This document shows, in pieces, positions 57,399 to 64,000 of a stretch of 64,000 nucleotides of DNA (within the stretch, counting starts at the first letter, position 1; each line of letters starts with the position of its first letter). This DNA comes from Thermoplasmata archaeon. Its GTDB lineage: Archaea > Thermoplasmatota > Thermoplasmata > Halarchaeoplasmatales > Halarchaeoplasmataceae. A program made the translations under genes and the position numbers. The stretch is from NCBI GenBank assembly GCA_003554965.1, contig PWHR01000020.1:70202-134201 (forward strand), given 5' to 3'. The notes under the pieces were generated by a model that saw only the letters and a program-made list of their open reading frames with translations, did not search any database and had not been told where the DNA came from.

Positions 57399-59030
57399 AT
57401 GGATATGATCTGGTCTATGGAAAAACCAGACAATGAGATCGACAAAATATCAGGATATGAACCTGGATCTGAGGAAAGGAAGGATCTGAAAAAAGAACTT
57501 GAAAAGATAAAGGATGAGACTTTGGAGATCCCTTTGATAATAGATGGAGAAGAAGTGAAGACCGATCGAACTCGAGAGATAGTTTGTCCACATGATCACG
57601 ATAATGTCATCGCAAGGGTTCACCTGGCAGGAGAAGAAGAGTTAAAGAGGGCTAAAGACGCTGCACTGGATGCGCACGAAAGATGGTCAAAACTTAATTG
57701 GTACCACCGTGCTGCAGCCTTCAGAAAGAGCGCAGATCTTTTAGCTGGACCTAGAAGACTCAGAAATATAGCTGTGATAATGATGAACCATTCAAAAAAT
57801 CCCTATGAAGCTGAGATCGATCTTGCTGAGCTCATAGATTTTTGGAGGATCAACGCATATTACATGAAATTCATATACGAACAACAGCCTGAGCAATCTG
57901 AAGGAGAGTTGAATCGACTAGATTGGAGACCCTTAGAGGGATTTGTTCTTGCTATACCTCCTTTCAACTTTTATTCCATCGCGGGAAATCTTCCCACTTC
58001 ACCAGCGATAGTGGGTAATACTGTGCTTTGGAAGCCGTCACTGAACGTTTCCATGTCTAATTATGAAATCATGAAGGTTATGATGGAAGCAGGTCTTATG
58101 GACGGGGCGGTAAATTTCATACCATTCCAGAGTGAAAAATCAGATATTATTCTGGAAGATGAGAGGTTAGCAGGACTGCATTTCACCGGGAGCTATCAAA
58201 CCCTGACTTTATTATGGGAAAAGATCTACTCTAATATCAAAAACTACAATACTTTTCCGAAGATCGTAGGTGAAGCTGGCGGAAAGGACTTCTTGTTCAT
58301 ACACGAGTCCGCCGATATACACAATGCCGCTATAAATATAATAAGAGGGGGTTTCGGGTATCAAGGGCAGAAATGTTCAGCCGCCTCTAGAGTTTACTGT
58401 CCAGAAAATAGATGGGATGACCTCAAAGCTATTTTACTTGAAGAGATAGAAAAAGTCGGTTACGGCCCTGTGGACAAAATGGAAGATTTCATGGGGGCCG
58501 TGATAGATGAACAAGCTTTTGATAAAATCAAAAGCTACATCGAATACGCGGAAAAAAATCCGGAGGAATACGAGATCCTTTACGGTGGTAATTTTGACAA
58601 ATCTGAAGGATGGTTCATACAACCAACCTTGATAAGATCCTCCGAACCGAAGGGAAAGTTGATGTCTGAAGAGATATTTGGACCTGTGATCACCATGTAC
58701 GTTTATGAGCAGGATAGGTATGAAGAGACTTTAGAGCTGTGTGATGAAACATCACCATATGGTCTGACCGGTTCCATATTCGCCAAAGATCAGGAGGCTA
58801 TACATTTAGCGGAAGAAAAATTGAGGTATTCTGCCGGTAATTTCTATATAAACGATAAACCCACTGGTGCTGTGGTCGGCAGACAGCCATTTGGTGGAGG
58901 TAGGGCATCCGGCACCAATGATAAAGCGGGCCACTGGGTGAATCTACTCCAATGGCTGACTCCTCGATCGATTAAAGAGACCATACTTCCCGCAGATGAT
59001 TGGAAAAGGAATTTTATGGAAAAGATATAA
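57399..59030 (+). CDS. rocA: 1-pyrroline-5-carboxylate dehydrogenase (aldehyde dehydrogenase family, RocA-type)
   Basis: Catalytic Cys GQKCSAASR, Glu VGEAGGKD and the RocA-type C-terminus FYINDKPTGAVVGRQPFGG were seen. Start taken at the ATG after SD gggag; the track ORF starts at 57357. Confidence 0.8.
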   Translation: MDMIWSMEKPDNEIDKISGYEPGSEERKDLKKELEKIKDETLEIPLIIDGEEVKTDRTREIVCPHDHDNVIARVHLAGEEELKRAKDAALDAHERWSKLNWYHRAAAFRKSADLLAGPRRLRNIAVIMMNHSKNPYEAEIDLAELIDFWRINAYYMKFIYEQQPEQSEGELNRLDWRPLEGFVLAIPPFNFYSIAGNLPTSPAIVGNTVLWKPSLNVSMSNYEIMKVMMEAGLMDGAVNFIPFQSEKSDIILEDERLAGLHFTGSYQTLTLLWEKIYSNIKNYNTFPKIVGEAGGKDFLFIHESADIHNAAINIIRGGFGYQGQKCSAASRVYCPENRWDDLKAILLEEIEKVGYGPVDKMEDFMGAVIDEQAFDKIKSYIEYAEKNPEEYEILYGGNFDKSEGWFIQPTLIRSSEPKGKLMSEEIFGPVITMYVYEQDRYEETLELCDETSPYGLTGSIFAKDQEAIHLAEEKLRYSAGNFYINDKPTGAVVGRQPFGGGRASGTNDKAGHWVNLLQWLTPRSIKETILPADDWKRNFMEKI

Positions 59031-59131
59031 CTGAATAGTCGAGAAAAGAGTGACATCCCTTCAATTATCTTTCCTCTATTAACATCGTAAACAATAATAG
59101 GTAGAGTTCTATTTCCTTATCCGATGATAAA

Positions 59132-60331
59132 ATGTCAGATTTCCATCTATCTAACGAAGAAGATATCAAATCAGGAAAAATTACAGACATATACTTCAAA
59201 AACACCATGAAGATTTTCGAGGAAAAAGGTGTGGGAGAAGAAGAAGTTGTTGCTGAATTCACTGTCTCTTCGTTTCCCTCGGATTGGAGATGGGGTGTTC
59301 TTTGTGGTTTGGACGAATTCCTATATCTTCTAGAAGGGAAAGATGTTGATGTTTATTCTATGCCTGAAGGTTCAATCTTCCGCACGAAAGGTCGTAATGG
59401 TGTCTTCACTCCTGTTATCTTCATAGAAGGACCTTACAAGGAATTCTGCATACATGAAACAGCTCTACTCGGTTTTATCTGCTATCCCTCCGGAGTAGCC
59501 ACCAAATCAGCTAGAGTGGCCAAAGTTTCGGGAGATTCGTTGGTCATCTCATTCGGTATACGGAGGATGCATCCAGGTATAGCCCCCGTCATCGATAGGG
59601 CCGCTTACATAGGTGGTTGCGATGGAGTTTCCAGTATAGCAGGAGCTGAGGAGATAGGCGTCGAACCACAGGGGACGATGCCGCACGCATTGACCATCAT
59701 GTTCGGTGATCCAAAGGAGGCTTTCAAGGCTTTCGATGAAGCTTTACCTGAGGATGTGAAAAGGATCGCACTCGTTGACACCTACCACGATGAGAAGATG
59801 GAATCCGTTATGGCCGCCGAGGCCATGGGTGAAAACCTTTTCGGAGTCCGGTTGGATACGCCCTCTTCTAGGAGAGGAGACCTGGCAGAGATCGCGGAAG
59901 AAGTTAAGTGGGAATTGGAGCAAAGAGGTGTGGAGTGCACCATAATCGCTTCTGGAGGTATGGATGAGTACAGTATTCCAAAGCTTAAAGAAGCTGGGGC
60001 GGATGCTTTCGGAGTCGGAACTTCTATTTCCAACGCTAGAACGCTGAATTACGCCATGGACATAGTCGAAAAGGAAGGTGAACCCGTTGCAAAAAGGGGC
60101 AAATACAGCGGTAAAAAACAAGTATATCGCTGTCCAGAGTGTTTCATATTTGATATGAAGGCTTGGGATCAAAAAGAAAAACCAATCTGTGACTGCGGCG
60201 CCGAGATGGAACCGATGCTGGAAAAGGTGATGGATAACGGTGAGATCATAATCGACTATCCCTCACCTCAGAAAATCAGAGATAGTGTGATGGAACAGAT
60301 AGAAAAGATCGAAGTAGATTGGCTCGACTGA
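59132..60331 (+). CDS. Nicotinate phosphoribosyltransferase family (archaeal type) with C-terminal zinc ribbon
   Basis: NAPRTase/QPRTase-like barrel and C-terminal CPEC...CDCG; 399 aa. Confidence 0.7.
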   Translation: MSDFHLSNEEDIKSGKITDIYFKNTMKIFEEKGVGEEEVVAEFTVSSFPSDWRWGVLCGLDEFLYLLEGKDVDVYSMPEGSIFRTKGRNGVFTPVIFIEGPYKEFCIHETALLGFICYPSGVATKSARVAKVSGDSLVISFGIRRMHPGIAPVIDRAAYIGGCDGVSSIAGAEEIGVEPQGTMPHALTIMFGDPKEAFKAFDEALPEDVKRIALVDTYHDEKMESVMAAEAMGENLFGVRLDTPSSRRGDLAEIAEEVKWELEQRGVECTIIASGGMDEYSIPKLKEAGADAFGVGTSISNARTLNYAMDIVEKEGEPVAKRGKYSGKKQVYRCPECFIFDMKAWDQKEKPICDCGAEMEPMLEKVMDNGEIIIDYPSPQKIRDSVMEQIEKIEVDWLD

Positions 60332-60340
60332 AGATGAGCC

Positions 60341-60868
60341 CTAATACTCTTTAAACTCCTTTATGGCATTTTTTATGCTTTCTGTTTCTATCTCTTCCTC
60401 TACGATAAACTCAGAGAAATCTTTTTCTAGATAGTTCTCTTGATACTCCAAAGCCTGCAGTATCATCTCCGCTCTATCTATATCTCTCCCCACCCTGGCC
60501 TCTTCGCTCTCTCCTCTCTCAAATTCTTCCCAAAGACCGATAAGATCTTCTTTATCTTGTGATGATAATACCTTCAGTATAGATTCAAGCGCACTCTTTT
60601 CCATATCTCTTTTCACCGTTTCTCTTATCTTTTCTTCTGGAGTTATATCACCTGTTTCGATCTCCGGAAGGTCATGTATCAGAAGCATCATCATCAGTTT
60701 TCGTACATCTAGATCTAAATCCTTCCCGATAAGGGCCCCCATTAAGACACATCTGAAAGTGTGATCAGCTACTGATTCTGGATCATCGATCCCTACTCTC
60801 TTCCAACCCTCTCTATCGATCTCTTTCAACCGGGCTGCGGCTCTAAAAAGCTTGAAAAATTGCTTCAT
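60341..60868 (-). CDS. HD-domain phosphohydrolase (YfbR-like 5'-nucleotidase family)
   Basis: HD motif (H...HDLPE...D); 175 aa. Confidence 0.7.
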   Translation of the reverse strand: MKQFFKLFRAAARLKEIDREGWKRVGIDDPESVADHTFRCVLMGALIGKDLDLDVRKLMMMLLIHDLPEIETGDITPEEKIRETVKRDMEKSALESILKVLSSQDKEDLIGLWEEFERGESEEARVGRDIDRAEMILQALEYQENYLEKDFSEFIVEEEIETESIKNAIKEFKEY

Positions 60869-60888
60869 ATCTCAAAAACTTATGCTGG

Positions 60889-61461
60889 TTATTTATCGAT
60901 ATCGATGGACTCGCCGGGTTCTATCAACTTATTAGGTACGTTTTCTTCATCCATCTTCTTTTTTAGGCCTACTGCATCCTTTAAATCATCTTGAGGATCA
61001 TAATGGAAAGGCACCACTAGTTCTGGCTTCAATCTCTTGAAAGCTGATATGTAATCCCCGTAGTAATCTTCAAAACATGCAGTGAAGATAAGCTTCACTC
61101 CTTCGGGATCGGGGAAGTAGGCAGAATCACCGGAATGAAGAATTCCTCCGTAAAAAAAGCTCACAGATTCTTCTGAACCATAACAATCACATTCTAGAAC
61201 TTGGATACCGTCTATTTTATCCCCGGGTTTTACCTTCTCCCCTTCAACGTCGAATTTTCTCGAAGATGTCTTTGGGGCGTAAAGTTCAGCATCCTCACCG
61301 AAGGAACTATAGTTTTCCTCTTCAAAGTGATCGTCGTGTTCGTGAGTTAAAAGAACGATATCCGCTTCTTTTTCGGGTTCCACCGTGAAATTGGGATCGA
61401 TCAGTATGTGTTTTTCTCCAAATATTTCGACCGCTGCGTTGCCTAACCATCTCACTTTCAT
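60889..61461 (-). CDS. Metallo-beta-lactamase-fold hydrolase (UPF0173-like)
   Basis: THEHDDH metal-binding motif; 190 aa. Confidence 0.7.
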   Translation of the reverse strand: MKVRWLGNAAVEIFGEKHILIDPNFTVEPEKEADIVLLTHEHDDHFEEENYSSFGEDAELYAPKTSSRKFDVEGEKVKPGDKIDGIQVLECDCYGSEESVSFFYGGILHSGDSAYFPDPEGVKLIFTACFEDYYGDYISAFKRLKPELVVPFHYDPQDDLKDAVGLKKKMDEENVPNKLIEPGESIDIDK

Positions 61462-61580
61462 GTTATCCCTCTAAACATTAGTTTGATTGATATAAGAGGA
61501 TAAAAGATTTTTGCAAAACCGCCTTTTTTACCAAAAATATTTAGGTTATCGTAGCGTTCACTAAATTTGATAGTGATAGT

Positions 61581-62495
61581 ATGGACAAAGAGTATGAGGT
61601 CATCATAATAGGAGGAGGGCCTGCGGGACTTTCCGCCGCTATATACACTTCAAGGGCTGAATTGAAAACTCTGATTTTGGACGAACCTGACAAGCTGCTA
61701 GAAAAGGCGGAGAGCATCGATAACTATTTTGGATTCCCGGAAGGTATATCTGGAAAGGAACTCCTTGAAAGAGGAAGAAAGCAGGCGGAAAGATTTGGCA
61801 CAGAAGTTCTTGAAGAGAAAGCACTGCTGACCAAGATAGACCCTGAAGATAGAGGCTACGTAGTTGAAACTGCGGACAGCTCTTTCAATACCGAAGGACT
61901 GATAGTAGCTCCTGGTATACAACATGAAAAGCCACCTATAGAGGGGATAAAAGAGTTTGAAGGAAAGGGTGTAAGCTACTGTGTCGTCTGTGACGCTCCT
62001 CTCTTCAAAAATAAAAAAGTAGGCCTGGTAGGATCAAAAGATCTAGTTGGAAAAGAAGCTTTGGAATTGTACGAATATACCGAAGACATAAAAATTTATA
62101 CGAACGGGAGTGGGCTTGAGATACCTGAAAATCTACTAAAAAAGATAGAAGAAAAGGATATACCCATCGAAAGAGGAAAGATAGAAGAGATAATGGGTGA
62201 TGAACAATTCGAAGGACTGAAAGTAGACGGAAAAAAACAGGAGATGGATGGTCTCATGATCGCAGAAGGTAGCAGTGGTAGCCTTGATTTTGCTAGAAGT
62301 CTAGGTATAACTATCGATGATGGCGTTCTAAAAGTGGATGAAGATATGCATACGGGCTTACCAAAAGTTTACGCTGCAGGAGACTGTGTCGGAGGAGCTC
62401 GACAGATCAGTGCGGCAGTCGGAGAGGGTGCCAAGGCAGCATTGGGCCTTATCACCGAGATCAGAGAAGGGTCATACAAAGATTGGAGTGCGTAA
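61581..62495 (+). CDS. trxB: Thioredoxin-disulfide reductase (low-Mr TrxR)
   Basis: FAD fold IIIGGGPAGLSAAIY, redox-active CVVCD and the NAD(P)H fold GKEALE; 304 aa. Confidence 0.85.
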   Translation: MDKEYEVIIIGGGPAGLSAAIYTSRAELKTLILDEPDKLLEKAESIDNYFGFPEGISGKELLERGRKQAERFGTEVLEEKALLTKIDPEDRGYVVETADSSFNTEGLIVAPGIQHEKPPIEGIKEFEGKGVSYCVVCDAPLFKNKKVGLVGSKDLVGKEALELYEYTEDIKIYTNGSGLEIPENLLKKIEEKDIPIERGKIEEIMGDEQFEGLKVDGKKQEMDGLMIAEGSSGSLDFARSLGITIDDGVLKVDEDMHTGLPKVYAAGDCVGGARQISAAVGEGAKAALGLITEIREGSYKDWSA

Positions 62496-62547
62496 ATAGA
62501 TCATGGTGATGCCCGTTTTTCCTTACACTCGAGCAAAAGGAAATCTA

Positions 62548-64000
62548 TCAATCCCGTATAGTTTTTCTTTTCCATTTTCCGGTCAAAAAGTATAGATATG
62601 AAACACCTGCGGCAATTGGATTGCTAAGAGCCATACCGATCCATACTCCTAGAATTCCCATATCAAATCCAACATTCAATAATGGTAATGAAGGTAGAGC
62701 TAAAAGCGCTGAAAGAAAAAGCCGCAACCCCCATATCCTGAATATCTCGAGGATCATCGCAGGTACGGTATGGCCAGTACCTCTGTAGCTTGAATCGAAT
62801 ATCCGGAATATGCCGAAAAAGGCTATAGATATCGAATAAATAGCCAAGTACCTAGCTCCTTCTATTATAACTGGTACGTCATCAATAAAAGCCTCCATTA
62901 TACTCGTTCTAAAAATTATGATGATCGCAGCAATGGAGAACATTATGGCCGATGAAACTAAGATGGCTTTTTTGATCACGGTCTCAGCTCTTCTTGTTCT
63001 TCCGGCTCCGATATTTTGACCGACCATGGACATCGAAGCATCGGCAAAACCCCAGATAGCTATAGTAATGACGTGTAGTATCCTTCTACCTATACCATAG
63101 GCAGCTACAGGAGTTTCTCCAAATATTGCAACGAGTGAGAAAAGTATCGTGAAAGCAAGCGCGGTCATGACTCTAGCCACGGTTGCTGGAGCCCCTATAC
63201 TTACAATCTGTTTTAACCATCTGAGCTTGAGAAAAAGGTCTTTCAAAGATAGTTTTATTTCAACCTTATCATTGAAAAGAAGGTAGATTCCGACTAGTCC
63301 TGCCGTTACCCTTGAGATGGATGTAGCAGTGGCGGCGCCAGTTACACCCCATTCAGGAAAAAAGCCGATACCAAATATGAGTAAAGGATCAAGGACTAGA
63401 TTTACTCCTACGAATACCACTTTTATCAGTACTGGAGTCACCATGTCTCCCATACCCTTCAGTAAGAAGCGAAAGGCCGTGTAAGAATAAATAAAAGGCA
63501 TGCTAAGAAGAACAATCCTTAGATAGGATAGAGCGAACGGATATACATCAGTAGGTGTTTGTACCCATTTTAAAAACTGTGGAGCGAGTAGGAAACCAAC
63601 TATGGTAAAAACGACACTGATCATTATCAAGAAACCGAATACCTGACCAGCGGCTTCATTAGCTCTCTTTCTGTTTCCGGCGCCCATATGTTGGGCAACA
63701 AGAGCCACACCTGCTGTTGCGAGTCCCATACCTGCGGAAATAAAAACGAAAAGGATCGGCCAAGCCGCAGCAGGAGCCCCAACTTCTGTTTTTCCAAGCT
63801 GGCCAAGAAAAAAAGTGTCTACGATGTTGAAAGAGACATGTAGAGAACTCGAGACCATGACGGGTAATGCAAGGACCAATATCGTCTTGATTATAGGTCC
63901 ATATAAGATGTCTTCTCGTCGTTCCTCAGCAGGTTTTATGAATATTTTCTTTAATTTATTGTAGCTGACCGACGGTATTTTTCCACCTTTAGATATATTT
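62548..64000 (-). CDS. MATE-family efflux transporter; 5' end probably beyond window
   Basis: 12-TM MATE profile. The frame stays open upstream of the track start (a TTG at 63879) to the window edge, encoding ...KIFIKPAEERREDILYGPIIKTILVLALPVMV, which is the typical MATE N-terminus. Confidence 0.75.
   Translation of the reverse strand, partial: NISKGGKIPSVSYNKLKKIFIKPAEERREDILYGPIIKTILVLALPVMVSSSLHVSFNIVDTFFLGQLGKTEVGAPAAAWPILFVFISAGMGLATAGVALVAQHMGAGNRKRANEAAGQVFGFLIMISVVFTIVGFLLAPQFLKWVQTPTDVYPFALSYLRIVLLSMPFIYSYTAFRFLLKGMGDMVTPVLIKVVFVGVNLVLDPLLIFGIGFFPEWGVTGAATATSISRVTAGLVGIYLLFNDKVEIKLSLKDLFLKLRWLKQIVSIGAPATVARVMTALAFTILFSLVAIFGETPVAAYGIGRRILHVITIAIWGFADASMSMVGQNIGAGRTRRAETVIKKAILVSSAIMFSIAAIIIIFRTSIMEAFIDDVPVIIEGARYLAIYSISIAFFGIFRIFDSSYRGTGHTVPAMILEIFRIWGLRLFLSALLALPSLPLLNVGFDMGILGVWIGMALSNPIAAGVSYLYFLTGKWKRKTIRD

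Noticed and set aside
1-64000. CRISPR arrays, rRNA genes, IS elements/transposases/integrases, prophage genes
   Set aside because: Scanned for direct repeats with regular spacers, long non-coding GC-rich blocks and transposase/integrase-like ORFs; none found - the region looks like conserved chromosomal core.

Overview
This window is a gene-dense archaeal chromosomal segment with almost no non-coding DNA. The archaeal assignment rests on r-proteins eL32/eL19/eS4, aSUI1, RNase P Rpp29, Cbf5, a geranylgeranyl reductase and leaderless TATA-proximal starts. GC is moderate, and the proteome is strikingly acidic and K/E-rich, including a 60-aa poly-Glu/Asp tail on S3.

Gene content in order:
- 1-20.2 kb: sulfur amino-acid enzymes (MetB-like, CysK/CBS-like), a DUF1611 + enolase-superfamily racemase + GHMP-kinase group, Nth, folate/C1 genes (FolC, PurH, Fhs, ThyX), two type II toxin-antitoxin pairs, TatD, GGR, Trm5 and an orphan AmrS-like radical SAM enzyme.
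- 20.3-34.0 kb: two divergently transcribed hydrogenase operons separated by a 393-bp control region (the most interesting part of the window).
- 34-35.2 kb: ArsR and HxlR regulators.
- 35.3-50.9 kb: the canonical archaeal ribosomal superoperon (L3 to L15), then SecY, DUF106, Cmk and Cbf5.
- 50.9 kb onward: tRNA-Ser(GGA), an amino-acid dehydrogenase, HerA and NurA, a divergent PD-(D/E)xK-like hypothetical, a cysteine-desulfidase-like gene, P5C dehydrogenase, NAPRTase, HD and MBL hydrolases, TrxB and a MATE transporter that runs off the window.

The two hydrogenase operons:
- The leftward operon is a classic group-3d-like HoxE-F-U-Y-H [NiFe] hydrogenase.
- The rightward operon encodes an unusual complex. 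Its first gene (26832..28331) is a 499-aa protein in which an FrhG/MvhG-like [NiFe] small-subunit domain and a 2x[4Fe-4S] ferredoxin domain are fused to a shortened [FeFe]-hydrogenase H-cluster-like domain. The remaining genes are a NuoE homologue, a 1064-aa NuoF::GltD-like (NADPH-oxidoreductase) fusion, a HoxU-like ferredoxin and a short [NiFe] large subunit.

No CRISPR, rRNA, transposase or integrase was seen.
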